Shown here piece by piece: positions 17,276-26,726 of a stretch of 64,000 bases of DNA. The stretch covers positions 1,536,001-1,600,000 of the forward strand of contig OY769902.1 of the NCBI GenBank assembly GCA_963669175.1. The letters run 5' to 3'. A program made the position numbers and the translations under genes. The first letter of the stretch is position 1, and each line of letters begins with the position of its first letter. A model generated the notes under the pieces. That model was not told where the DNA came from. It saw only the letters and a list, made by a program, of their open reading frames with translations, and ran no database searches. Origin of the DNA: a bacterium. Lineage in GTDB: Bacteria > Electryoneota > Electryoneia > Electryoneales > Electryoneaceae.

Positions 17276-18595
17276 GTGGACCCAACCAATCCTATTACGG
17301 CTGGCCTGATACTGGTCGGCCTTCTAATACTGTCAGCATTTTTCTCCGGAAGTGAGACTGCCTTTTTTTCTTTGAGCAAGGCCGCCCTGCGTGTTCTGCG
17401 CAGTCGTGAAGATGCAGCCGCACGGCGCGTTATTCGACTGGTAGATCGTCCTCGTGAACTGCTTATCACCATCCTCATCGGGAATACTGTGGTTAATGTT
17501 GCCACAGCATCTGTTGCAGCGATAACAGTTCATAATCTTGCTTCTTCGGCCGGCTTTAACCCGACCCTTGCGCTGGTGCTGGATATACTGGTAGTGACAT
17601 TTGCGCTTATCGTTATATCGGAAATCAGCCCCAAGGTATTTGCCCACAAAAATAATGAACAGTGGGCGACCTCCATGGCTGGATTGGTACAACTCTGCTA
17701 TTACCTGTTCTACCCCGTCATGCGGATCATGGTGCTCTTTGTCGATATCCTGGCGAAAGTGCTGGGGGTAGAATCGCAGCGAGTGCTGTTCAGCGAAGGT
17801 GAATTGCGTACCCTGGCTGAAGTGGGCGAAGAGCACGGCGTTCTGGAAGAAGAAGAGCGGGAAATGATTCACTCGATCTTCGAATTCGGTGAAACCGAAG
17901 TCCAGGAAATCATGGTGCCGCGGATTGACGTTGCATCCCTTGCCAAGACGGCAACGGTTCAGGAAGCCGCGGAGCTGGTTCTGGAAAAGGGACATTCCAG
18001 GATTCCCGTTTTTGCTACTGATATGGATCATATTGTCGGGATTCTCTATGCCAAGGATTTGATCGGCAAGGATCACCCGGAAGCAACCATTGAGGAATTG
18101 TTACGTTCGCCCTATTTTGTCCCGGGCGCACAGAAAATCAGTGTGCTGTTACGCAAATTCCAGACTGAAAAAATCCATATGGCAATCGTAGTGGATGAGT
18201 ATGGCGGCACAGAAGGTATCGTAACCATGGAAGATGTAATTGAAGAAATCGTAGGTGAAATTCAGGACGAGTACGACCAGGAAGAAGATCTTTTTAAACG
18301 GCTGGACAACGGCGACATTCTCGTGTACGCGAAAATAGAGAACGAAGAGTTCAACGCTTTAATTGGTGAAGACCTGATCCCGGAAGAAGAGGACTACGAA
18401 ACCCTCGGAGGTTTTATTTTCGCCCTTGCCGGTGAAGTGCCTCAAGTAGGACAGAGTTATCCTTACGAAGGATGGGTGTTCATCATAGAAGCGGTCGAAA
18501 CCAACCGCGTTATTCGCCTGCGTATTCGTCCCCCTGAAGATGCAGCCATGCAAAGCGAAGAGGAAGAAGAATACCGCTCGGAAATGCATCGCTAG
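17276..18595 (+). CDS. Hemolysin-family CNNM (DUF21)-CBS-CorC/HlyC Mg2+/Co2+ transporter
   Basis: SAFFSGSETA, ILIGNTVVN, EISPK, IMVPR, HSRIPV, HMAIVVDEYGGTEGIVTMEDVIEEIVGEIQDEYD, YETLGG. Confidence 0.93.
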   Translation: MDPTNPITAGLILVGLLILSAFFSGSETAFFSLSKAALRVLRSREDAAARRVIRLVDRPRELLITILIGNTVVNVATASVAAITVHNLASSAGFNPTLALVLDILVVTFALIVISEISPKVFAHKNNEQWATSMAGLVQLCYYLFYPVMRIMVLFVDILAKVLGVESQRVLFSEGELRTLAEVGEEHGVLEEEEREMIHSIFEFGETEVQEIMVPRIDVASLAKTATVQEAAELVLEKGHSRIPVFATDMDHIVGILYAKDLIGKDHPEATIEELLRSPYFVPGAQKISVLLRKFQTEKIHMAIVVDEYGGTEGIVTMEDVIEEIVGEIQDEYDQEEDLFKRLDNGDILVYAKIENEEFNALIGEDLIPEEEDYETLGGFIFALAGEVPQVGQSYPYEGWVFIIEAVETNRVIRLRIRPPEDAAMQSEEEEEYRSEMHR

Positions 18596-18675
18596 CATTG
18601 TCTGGTGTTTTAGTATTCCGAAAACATGTACCATTTACAGCGGGGCCAGGTTGCCCAGGCCTGGTCGGGAGCTGA

Positions 18676-21288
18676 TTGAAGATGATGTTCAGAGAACAGG
18701 TAGCGAAAGAGTTTTTACCGTTTGTGCGTCGTCCGCAGCGATATGCTGGCGGCGAGATGAACCGTGTGGTTCGCCCCGACGCATCCGTCCGTATCGCGTT
18801 GTGCCTGCCGGATATGTATGAGATAGGCATGAGTCATCTCGGCTTGCAGATGCTGTATCATCGGGTCAATACCAGCTTCAACGACGTCGTCGCGGAACGG
18901 GTGTTTATCCCGGATGATGACGCGCGTGAGTTGCTTAGGAAAAAGAACTTCCCGCTATTTACCCTGGAAACACGCACTCCACTCCGTGAAGTGGACCTGA
19001 TCGGGTTCAGCCTGCCCAGTGAACTGCTGATGCCCGGTATGCTGGAAGCGCTCGATCTTGGCGGGATCACCCTGAAAGCTGCCGAACGTGATGAAGATGA
19101 GCCTATTATCATCGCGGGTGGCCCGGTGATGTTCAACCCGGAGCCAATGGCAGATTTTCTCGATGTCGTGTTCATCGGAGATGGCGATGAAGCCAGTGTA
19201 GAGATCGCACAAATGCTTCGGCAAGCCAAATCGGAGGGTATTTCCCGGCAGGAAACATTGCTGCGTCTTGGAAAAATCAAGGGCATCTATCTGCCTCATG
19301 CTTACCACCTGGAATCGGGGCCGGAGGGTGAGATATGTATCGGGAAGCCGACAGTTGAAGGCTTGCCGGAACAGATTGTATCACGCACGGAAGCGGAATT
19401 AAAACCGGAATACTATCCTGAACGTCCACTGGTGCCGACTACTGAAGTAGTACACGACCGCATCTCGCTGGAAGTCATGCGCGGTTGTACACGCGGTTGC
19501 AGGTTCTGCCATGCGGGTATGGTATATCGTCCGGTCCGGGAGCGTCCTGTTGATGAAGTGCTGGCGCAGGCTTGCCGAAACATGGATGCCACCGGGTATG
19601 AAGAAATCGGGTTGCTGTCACTTTCAACATCAGACTACGGTCCCTTATCGCTACTGATCCAGGGATTACGGGAGCAGGTGCGCGGTAAGGGCATATCGCT
19701 GTCGTTTCCCTCGCTGAGGCCGGATTCCTTCACAGAGGAGATGGCCCGGGCGTTACCGGAAGGACGTAAGGGCGGGATTACCTTTGCGCCGGAAGCCGGA
19801 ACACAGCGATTACGGGATGTGATCAATAAAAATACACGCGAAGAAGATCTGCTTCGCGCGGCGAAGCTGGCCTTTGACGAAGGCTGGAACGGAATCAAGC
19901 TTTATTTCATGATCGGTCTTCCGACAGAAACACAGGAAGACCTCGACGGTATCGTAGACCTCGCCTTGAAGACGGCGAAACTTCGCGCTCAGAAAAGACA
20001 ACGGGTGACAGTATCTGTCAGTTCGTTTGTTCCGAAAACGCATACTCCTTTCCAGTGGGTGAAGCAGGATACGCCGGATAGTCTGCGTGAAAAGCTGAGC
20101 TACTTGCGCGGCAGGTTCAAGGGAACGGCAATCAAGTTTAACGGGCATGATCCGGATTCCGCGTTGGTGGAAGCTGCGTTATCGCGTGGTGACCGGCGTT
20201 TGGGACGTGTGCTGTTGCATGTGTGGGAAAACGGTGGTGTACTGGAGAGCTGGCGGGATCGATTCAACCTGCAACGATGGCTGGATGCGTTCGAGGCGGC
20301 AGATCTGGACCCGTTTTTCTATACCCGCGAACGTGATATGGAAGCGCGCCTGCCCTGGGAACACATCAACAAGGGTGTTTCGTTCAAGTTCCTGGCGCGA
20401 GAAAGCCGGAAAGCGCTTGAGGAGAAGACGACCGAAGAGTGTCGTTTCGGGAAATGCTCAGCCTGCGGGTTGATGGATTTCTTCCCGGAAGGGGAGACGT
20501 TATGTAACCGGTATGAACGCCAGGTAGCTCCTCTGGAGACCGTAAAACAGCCGCTACCTCCAGGAGGTATCGGGCTGACTGCGCGGGTACGTTATACGCG
20601 TGGTGAGGCCATGCGCTGGACTGGGCACCTCGACCTGGTCCGTGTCTGGGACAGGCTGTTGCGCCGTGCGGAAATACCGATTGCATTTTCACAGGGATTT
20701 CATCCTCATCCCCGGGTGTCGTTTGGACCTCCGCTGCCGGTAGGGCTATTATCTTGTGAAGAATACATCGATTTAGAGCTTGCGAAACCGTTGCAGGCAT
20801 CCGAACTTCTGAGTCGGCTGAGAGACTACGCTCCGGACGGACTGGACGTAGTAGAGATCAGGACGTATCCCGGTTCACCACCAAGTCCGGCGGCAATTGT
20901 AGAACGCATACAGTACCAGGTTCCATTCCCGCTTGAACAGGATGCAGTCGAACGGATAACAAATTGGTTGAAGCTGGATAGTTCTACCGTTGAACGTGTA
21001 AAAAAAGGCAAGGTGAAACGGGTGGATATCCGTCCGTTCATTGAGCAAGTGACTCTTGCCCCGGAAAGCAGTACCTTTACAGTACGGTTGATTAACGGGG
21101 CTACTGTTCGGTTGGATGAGCTGGAGAAGGTCTGGGAACTGTCTCCCGGCAGTTTGTCCGGCGTGATTCGGCAATGGCAGTGGACCAGCCGTGACGGTGA
21201 ATTCATATCGCTATACCAGGCTGCGGATGCAGTCTTGAAGGCAACATCAGTAGCACACGTAGAAGAAACGGAAGGCCCGAAGGAGTAA
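18676..21288 (+). CDS. TIGR03960-family B12-binding radical SAM protein fused to TIGR03936 (DUF2344) domain
   Basis: PQRYAGGEMN, PDMYEIGMSHLG, CTRGCRFC, TFAPEAGTQRLR, KLYFMIGLP; C-terminal GHLDL...SQGFHPHPRVSFGPPLPVG. Confidence 0.92.
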   Translation: MKMMFREQVAKEFLPFVRRPQRYAGGEMNRVVRPDASVRIALCLPDMYEIGMSHLGLQMLYHRVNTSFNDVVAERVFIPDDDARELLRKKNFPLFTLETRTPLREVDLIGFSLPSELLMPGMLEALDLGGITLKAAERDEDEPIIIAGGPVMFNPEPMADFLDVVFIGDGDEASVEIAQMLRQAKSEGISRQETLLRLGKIKGIYLPHAYHLESGPEGEICIGKPTVEGLPEQIVSRTEAELKPEYYPERPLVPTTEVVHDRISLEVMRGCTRGCRFCHAGMVYRPVRERPVDEVLAQACRNMDATGYEEIGLLSLSTSDYGPLSLLIQGLREQVRGKGISLSFPSLRPDSFTEEMARALPEGRKGGITFAPEAGTQRLRDVINKNTREEDLLRAAKLAFDEGWNGIKLYFMIGLPTETQEDLDGIVDLALKTAKLRAQKRQRVTVSVSSFVPKTHTPFQWVKQDTPDSLREKLSYLRGRFKGTAIKFNGHDPDSALVEAALSRGDRRLGRVLLHVWENGGVLESWRDRFNLQRWLDAFEAADLDPFFYTRERDMEARLPWEHINKGVSFKFLARESRKALEEKTTEECRFGKCSACGLMDFFPEGETLCNRYERQVAPLETVKQPLPPGGIGLTARVRYTRGEAMRWTGHLDLVRVWDRLLRRAEIPIAFSQGFHPHPRVSFGPPLPVGLLSCEEYIDLELAKPLQASELLSRLRDYAPDGLDVVEIRTYPGSPPSPAAIVERIQYQVPFPLEQDAVERITNWLKLDSSTVERVKKGKVKRVDIRPFIEQVTLAPESSTFTVRLINGATVRLDELEKVWELSPGSLSGVIRQWQWTSRDGEFISLYQAADAVLKATSVAHVEETEGPKE

Positions 21289-22805
21289 TGGGCGTGAACG
21301 AACTCATCATCAACGCCACAACGACTGAGACCCGAATCGCTCTCATGGAGGAAGGCCGTCTGGCTGAACTCTTTGTCGAGCGGCCCGAGCATGAACGGAA
21401 TGTCGGCGATATTTACAAAGGCCGTGTTCGTAAGGTGCTGGCGGGGATCTCTGCGGCGTTCATTGAGATCGGATGGGAACAGGATGGTTTCCTCCATTTC
21501 AATGATGCCGGCCACTTGTGGGAAGGTGATGACGAGGATAGTGAAAGCAACGGACGTGGTCCCAGCCGTAAGGGTGAGATCAACCTGAAATCCGGCCAGG
21601 ACGTGTATGTCCAGATTACCAAAGAACCAATCAGCAACAAGGGACCACGCGTAACCAGCGAAGTCTCCCTGCCGGGCCGCTTCGTCGTTTTAGTTCCTCA
21701 CGCTTCCAGCATCGGTGTCAGCAGAAAGATCGCTGATCCCAAAGAGAAGCGTCGGTTGAAAGCGTTGGCACGCAAACTGAAGCCGGTTGGTTGTGGTTTG
21801 ATTGTACGGACTGTGGCGGCGGATAAAAGCGAAGAATTGTTATCAAAGGATATTGAGTCTCTCCACCAATTATGGAAAAAAGTAGAAAAGAAGGGCGCTG
21901 AAGCCCAGGCTCCGGCGTTGATATATAAAGAGGTATCTCTGGCCAGCAGTGTCATTCGTGACCTCTTCACCCCCCAGATTGATCGCCTGATCGTTGATTC
22001 GAAGAAAATATTTGATGATATACAGCATTATCTCGAACCGATCTCGCCGCAATTGCTGGAACGTGTCGAGCTGTACCGTAAAAACGCTCCCATCTTTGAT
22101 CATTTTCATATTGAACAGGAGATTGAAAAGGGGATCCGTCGCAAGGTCTGGCTGGAGGGCGGCGGGCATATCATTATTGAGCATACCGAAGCAATGGTGA
22201 CCGTCGATGTAAACTCAGGCAAGTATGTCGGGAATCAGAATCACGAAGAAAACAGCTTGAAGATTAACCTGCGTGCTGCGCGTGAGCTGTGTCGCCAGTT
22301 ACGTCTGCGTGATATTGGCGGCATCATCGCCGTAGACTTCATTGATATGTGGGAAGATAAGAATCGCAAAAAAGTTTACGATGAAATGAAGAAAGAGCTG
22401 AAACGAGACCGTGCCAAAGCTGATGTTGCACCGATTGGTCCCTTCGGCATAATGGTCATGACTCGGCAGCGTATCAAACCCTCCCTGCTGTTCACATTTA
22501 AAGAAGTATGTCCTGCCTGTCACGGAACCGGGATGGTGGCATCAAAAGAGACGGTCGTCACCGAACTCGAGAGATGGATCAGCCGTTTCAGAACACGTTC
22601 CGGTGAGAAGCGAATCCAGATCAGAGTCCACCCGGACATGAGGCGGTATCTGCTGGAGAATCCTCCCATTAACCGTTTAAATCGCATCATGCTACGTAAG
22701 CGAATCTTCATTCGTCTGCACACCGATTCCACGATATCCCCCAGCGAGTTTTTCGCCTGGAGCTATCGTAGAAATGCAGATGTGACAGACGAATACCGCA
22801 CGTAA
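21288..22805 (+). CDS. rng: Ribonuclease E/G family (short, RNase G-like)
   Basis: VGDIYKGRV S1 domain, VQITKEPISNKGPRVT, DVNSGK, QLRLRDIGGIIAVDFIDM, CPACHGTG. Confidence 0.92.
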   Translation: MGVNELIINATTTETRIALMEEGRLAELFVERPEHERNVGDIYKGRVRKVLAGISAAFIEIGWEQDGFLHFNDAGHLWEGDDEDSESNGRGPSRKGEINLKSGQDVYVQITKEPISNKGPRVTSEVSLPGRFVVLVPHASSIGVSRKIADPKEKRRLKALARKLKPVGCGLIVRTVAADKSEELLSKDIESLHQLWKKVEKKGAEAQAPALIYKEVSLASSVIRDLFTPQIDRLIVDSKKIFDDIQHYLEPISPQLLERVELYRKNAPIFDHFHIEQEIEKGIRRKVWLEGGGHIIIEHTEAMVTVDVNSGKYVGNQNHEENSLKINLRAARELCRQLRLRDIGGIIAVDFIDMWEDKNRKKVYDEMKKELKRDRAKADVAPIGPFGIMVMTRQRIKPSLLFTFKEVCPACHGTGMVASKETVVTELERWISRFRTRSGEKRIQIRVHPDMRRYLLENPPINRLNRIMLRKRIFIRLHTDSTISPSEFFAWSYRRNADVTDEYRT

Positions 22806-22821
22806 CCCGAGAAACCAAAGC

Positions 22822-22889
22822 TTGACAACCCTTGGAGTTTGACTTACCTTCCTTTTCGTTAGGAGACCCTATCGGTTAGGGTATTCTTA
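22822..22889 (+). promoter_or_regulatory. sigma70-type promoter with two DtxR-like operator boxes
   Basis: TTGACA(22822)-N17-TACCTT(22845); then TTAGGagacCCTAT (22859-22872) and TTAGGgtatTCTTA (22876-22889). Confidence 0.6.
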
Positions 22890-22962
22890 TTTCGAAGAAG
22901 ATTGGGAGCCGTTTCATTGCTGCAACTTGATAGTGTAGACCAAGCCAGCCGGAGGTTACTGC

Positions 22963-23439
22963 ATGCCGCATAAACCGAGGAATAGCGATCTCAGCCCCAA
23001 TATGGAGGATTACCTTGAGACGATCTATCTGCAGGATTTGGAGGGTGTACCAGCCAAGGTGAAGAGCATTGCGGACGCAATGAGCGTGTCTAAGCCTTCG
23101 GTTACGGAAGCCTTGTCTGTTTTGCAGGATCGTGGCCTGGTACTTCACCAGAAATATGGTGATATCGAATTAACGGAACGTGGTCGAGCTGCCGCCAGCC
23201 AGATTTATTTCCGTCACAAGTTGTTTACGGATTTCCTGTATACAATTCTCGGGGTGCCGGAAGAGACAGCGGAAGACGATGCCTGCAAAATTGAACACCT
23301 GGTGAGTGACACAACCGTGCAGCATGTATTTGCCATGGTAAAATTTCTGGAAAAGCACACCGGCGAGGGCGGCCAGTTTGAGGGTTTCCTGGAATCGTAT
23401 CGTGAACAGGCGGCTAACCTGATTGAAGATGAAGAATAG
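22963..23439 (+). CDS. DtxR/MntR family metal-dependent repressor (no FeoA domain)
   Basis: GGAGG SD; EDYLETIY, VSKPSVTEAL HTH, RHKLFTDFL, EDDACKIEH metal-site motif. Confidence 0.93.
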   Translation: MPHKPRNSDLSPNMEDYLETIYLQDLEGVPAKVKSIADAMSVSKPSVTEALSVLQDRGLVLHQKYGDIELTERGRAAASQIYFRHKLFTDFLYTILGVPEETAEDDACKIEHLVSDTTVQHVFAMVKFLEKHTGEGGQFEGFLESYREQAANLIEDEE

Positions 23440-23466
23440 TCTATACGTGATTTGACAGTCATAGAG

Positions 23467-23493
23467 AAAACCCGGGTTCTGCAACCCGGGTTT
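23467..23493. terminator. Hairpin terminator between convergent regulator and flgB
   Basis: aaacccgggtt-ctgc-aacccgggttt. Confidence 0.7.
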
Positions 23494-23518
23494 AGCGTTT
23501 TCCCTACTCAACTGCAAA

Positions 23519-23956
23519 CTACATGCGTCCCTTGATCGCCCCTTGCAGCATTCTGTATCGAGTACTCATAACTTTAGCGGCAGCTTCGTATTGCAATGAA
23601 TTGGATGCGAGCAATGTCATTTCCTCTTCAATATCTACATTGTTGACACCGTTGTAGAACGGTTCAGTCATGTCTTCAACAATTTCCGGATGCAGTTTCT
23701 CCAGCTCACGCAGAGCGCGTCCGTGTGGCAGGTGGCTTTGAGCCGTGCGCGCCACACCTGAACCATCGCCTGTCAGGATCTCACGCAATTTATCCTCAAA
23801 GCTCACACGTTTCGCGGTATACCCGGGAGTTTCAGCATTTGCGATATTAGCAGATATCACTTTCTGCCTGGTCGAGTAGGCATCCAGCCCCTTTTTCAGC
23901 GTGGGCATGGAGTCCATTCGCTTGAATAGAAAGGAAAAAGTAGTGTTCTCAAACAT
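23519..23956 (-). CDS. flgB: Flagellar basal-body rod protein FlgB
   Basis: RQKVISANIANAETPGY and NNVDIEEEM...NSLQYEA motifs; GAGGT SD before ATG 23956. Confidence 0.93.
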   Translation of the reverse strand: MFENTTFSFLFKRMDSMPTLKKGLDAYSTRQKVISANIANAETPGYTAKRVSFEDKLREILTGDGSGVARTAQSHLPHGRALRELEKLHPEIVEDMTEPFYNGVNNVDIEEEMTLLASNSLQYEAAAKVMSTRYRMLQGAIKGRM

Positions 23957-23985
23957 GGCATACCTCATGGTTTTGCCTATGAGTG

Positions 23986-24002
23986 AGCAATATGTATGCC
24001 CT
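23986..24002 (-). promoter_or_regulatory. sigma54 (-24/-12) promoter of flgB
   Basis: Minus strand AGGGCATACATATTGCT = GG-N10-GC with TTGC, about 30 nt upstream of the start. Confidence 0.65.
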
Positions 24003-24066
24003 TTGAGTGGAAGTGTAAGTGCTTGTTTATTAGTCGTTAATTAAGTTGTATCAGTGTAGTAAGTGG

Positions 24067-24097
24067 AAAAAAATACCGGGATGGCAGCATCCCGGTA
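24067..24097 (-). terminator. Intrinsic terminator of the small HTH gene
   Basis: taccgggatg/catcccggta stem with a 7-nt A-tract on the left (U-tract on minus strand). Confidence 0.75.
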
Positions 24098-24117
24098 GAA
24101 AAGTCGCAAACTTCAGT

Positions 24118-24363
24118 TTACGCTTCTTTGACTTTCTTGGCACGAGCGCGTTTCTTCGCACGCGGTCCACGCTTCCGGTCCTTCTTGGATGTCTTTTGAT
24201 CCGTAAGAGCGCCATTCATTTCATCCGGATCAAACATGTACACCATGCTTTCTCCCTTTCCACTGGAGAAGAAAGCAATATCCAGACGTTTGACCATCTT
24301 ACGAACCTGTTCAACACTGAGGCCCATGTCCTCAGCATATTTCCGGTCGCTTACGTGATGCAT
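24118..24363 (-). CDS. Small putative DNA-binding protein (HTH-like N-terminus, Lys/Arg-rich tail)
   Basis: GAGGAGGT SD, own promoter and terminator; KYAEDMGLSVEQVRKMVKR HTH-like; tail SKKDRKRGPRAKKRARAKKVKEA. Confidence 0.75.
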   Translation of the reverse strand: MHHVSDRKYAEDMGLSVEQVRKMVKRLDIAFFSSGKGESMVYMFDPDEMNGALTDQKTSKKDRKRGPRAKKRARAKKVKEA

Positions 24364-24403
24364 CTGTACCTCCTCTGGGGATTGTTGAAATTTGTACCGA
24401 GAG

Positions 24404-24432
24404 AAGATAGATGACTATAAGCCTCTTGTCAA
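24404..24432 (-). promoter_or_regulatory. sigma70-type promoter of the small HTH gene
   Basis: Minus strand TTGACA-N17-TATCTT. Confidence 0.65.
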
Positions 24433-25245
24433 TAATGATATAAGGAAAAATTGTAAAAAATGCACTTTTTGGTATTCTCAGTTCTGTATTCAGCATGCAA
24501 TATAAATATTGGCAACAAGATACTTTCAGTACATCTCGTATAAGACAGGAATAATAAAATAAATACTGAAGGAACGAAACAAAATGCCAGAAATACCATA
24601 TTTAAGAAAAATACGAAATTGTTACATGATTATTGTTCAAGTTCATGCCTGCAGATGAGAGAGAAGATGCATATTATTTACTAAGATATGCAAAAAATAC
24701 CACAAATACAAAATACACAACAAACACGAAAAACACCAAAATACTACACCTCAATCTGTTGGTGTTTTTGATAATAATGGTAGAGTCTTGCAGACGATTT
24801 AGTATAATCAATCTTGGGAAGAAACAGGCAGGGAAAAGGAGGGAAATTTGTGTCAAAATCCTTAGTGTAATTAATATAATATGTTACGAGCGGCTTGTAG
24901 TGGTTTCGTTGATACGAGTTGTAACGGAGCACATATACCGGATCCGGAATCTCCAGTGTAAGTTAATCATAGAAGATGGCGGAAGCGTGGGAAGCCTACA
25001 GCCGAATCAGACTCGACAAATTTACCCTTCTGATAGTTTTTTGATGCAATACCATTGAATACAACTGGCAGATATCAGGAGATGACATCTTCTATCACCC
25101 GATATGGGAGGGTACTTCACCTTGTGGAGTACAATAGTGTAAAATGAAGCATTTTACCCGGTCGCAAATGTCCGCAAGTGAGGGTCGACCTCGATGGATT
25201 TTCACCCAATCTCCTCAATAAAACCAATGACTTTATTTTTATATA

Positions 25246-25277
25246 GCAACGCCGGGCCATTATGGTCCGGCGTTGTT
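25246..25277. terminator. Hairpin downstream of HD-GYP gene
   Basis: gcaacgccgggcca/tggtccggcgttgt stem. Confidence 0.55.
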
Positions 25278-25300
25278 GTTTTCTGAGTGAAGAAGATTGC

Positions 25301-26479
25301 CTACAAAATGATTTCCAGCCTTGAGCGTTCATCCATGGAAAAATCGACTTTAAACGGTTCAACACGTTGACGCTGAGGATTATGGGTAACCACAACCATC
25401 GGCGCCAGGGGGGTAATCTCATTTGCTTCAACCACGACGCCAAAATGTCCTGATGTTTCCATGATCTGAGTTTTTGCAATCCTGACTCTGACACCAACGG
25501 GCAAAATCGAGACGATACCTGACAAGGCACGGACAATATGACTATTCCACGCTGTTCCTGCTTCACGTATGACCTGGACCAGGGCGTGTTCGGGCGTCAT
25601 TGATTGCCCGGTAGCCGCACCAGAAACGAGGTTGTCATAGCGGTTGGCGACTGCAAGAACCTGCGAAAGCCGATAAATCTGGTTCTCACCTTTCAGGCGT
25701 CTTCGTTCCAGGGGCAGGTCAAGCGCACGCAACCTGTTCGGGTAGCCATTCCCATTTATCTGTTCATGGTGTGCTTCAATGGTCAGTTGTTCTTTAAAAC
25801 TGGCTGGATCACTGCTTTTCAGTATCATGGTGGAAAACATGGAATGTTGGCGATACAGGTTGAAGCGCTCCGATTTGGAGACGGTGTTTTCCAGGTTTTT
25901 CGCGCCGAGAATTTCCTTACCGATATCGTGCATCAGAGCAGAAGAAGCCAGTGCGCCAAGATCACGCCAGTCAAAGCCAAGTTCCTGCCCCACCAGCATG
26001 CTAAGCAATGCCGTGTCAATCGCATGTTCCAGGCTTCTTGCGTCTTTGGTTCGAAAAGGAAGGGCGGTATACATCCGAACATGATTGTCCAGCAAATCTT
26101 CCAGGAGTTCGCCAGCCTGCTTTCGTATGGAGCTGACATTCAGCAGACGCTTCAGGGCTTTATCCGTCTGAAGCCTGGCCCGGAGATCTGCTGGGGGCAC
26201 AGAGCGCAAGATTCTGTGATGAACGACTTCTTTAAAGGATGAATGAATGTTCCGTGAAACGCTGCGTCGTGTCGAGTCGCGAATTACATCAACCGGTTTT
26301 GCATAATCAGTGATCCCGTCTTTGACAAAGACGTATGTGTATCCTCTTTCTCGCAGTTTACGGATAACCACACTGTCGAGTGTGTAGCCGTCCGCGACCA
26401 GCAATCTCTGTTGATCGTCGTATAAGGGTTTGCCGATTTGCAGTCCAGGCTTCAAACGGTCAACGCTGATGAGAGGCAT
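25301..26479 (-). CDS. HD-GYP domain protein (c-di-GMP phosphodiesterase family)
   Basis: N-terminal VDRLKPGLQIGKPLYD subdomain; EHAIDT, LMHDIGK, HHEQINGNGYP, AVANRYD. Confidence 0.88.
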   Translation of the reverse strand: MPLISVDRLKPGLQIGKPLYDDQQRLLVADGYTLDSVVIRKLRERGYTYVFVKDGITDYAKPVDVIRDSTRRSVSRNIHSSFKEVVHHRILRSVPPADLRARLQTDKALKRLLNVSSIRKQAGELLEDLLDNHVRMYTALPFRTKDARSLEHAIDTALLSMLVGQELGFDWRDLGALASSALMHDIGKEILGAKNLENTVSKSERFNLYRQHSMFSTMILKSSDPASFKEQLTIEAHHEQINGNGYPNRLRALDLPLERRRLKGENQIYRLSQVLAVANRYDNLVSGAATGQSMTPEHALVQVIREAGTAWNSHIVRALSGIVSILPVGVRVRIAKTQIMETSGHFGVVVEANEITPLAPMVVVTHNPQRQRVEPFKVDFSMDERSRLEIIL

Positions 26480-26726
26480 GGCGAGTTACCAGTTGATTGG
26501 CTTTGTAGTGGACCGAATTATATGAATCGATCCACCCGATTCTCCATAATAAGATATTCTACAGCAAAGCGAAAGAAAGTGAGGAAGAACAACTGCTTAC
26601 GGATTCCAGTATCTTGTCAAATTTCAGTGCCAGGTTTGACTCTTCCCCTGTCATGGACTACTTTATCCTTACTTGCTTTCTGGTGTTGGAAGTGGGAGCC
26701 GGAAGACAAACCCCACTTTTGGAGGG

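Noticed and set aside
24930-24993. Intact tRNA gene
   Set aside because: Only an acceptor-like 3' end is present; no TTCGA T-loop or cloverleaf
24633-25058. 141-aa ORF in the AT-rich gap
   Set aside because: TTG start without SD, low-complexity TKYT/TKNT content derived from the DNA repeat, composition unlike real genes here
24433-25244. Replication origin
   Set aside because: AT-rich, but I found no TTATCCACA-type DnaA box cluster and no dnaA/gidA/parAB context
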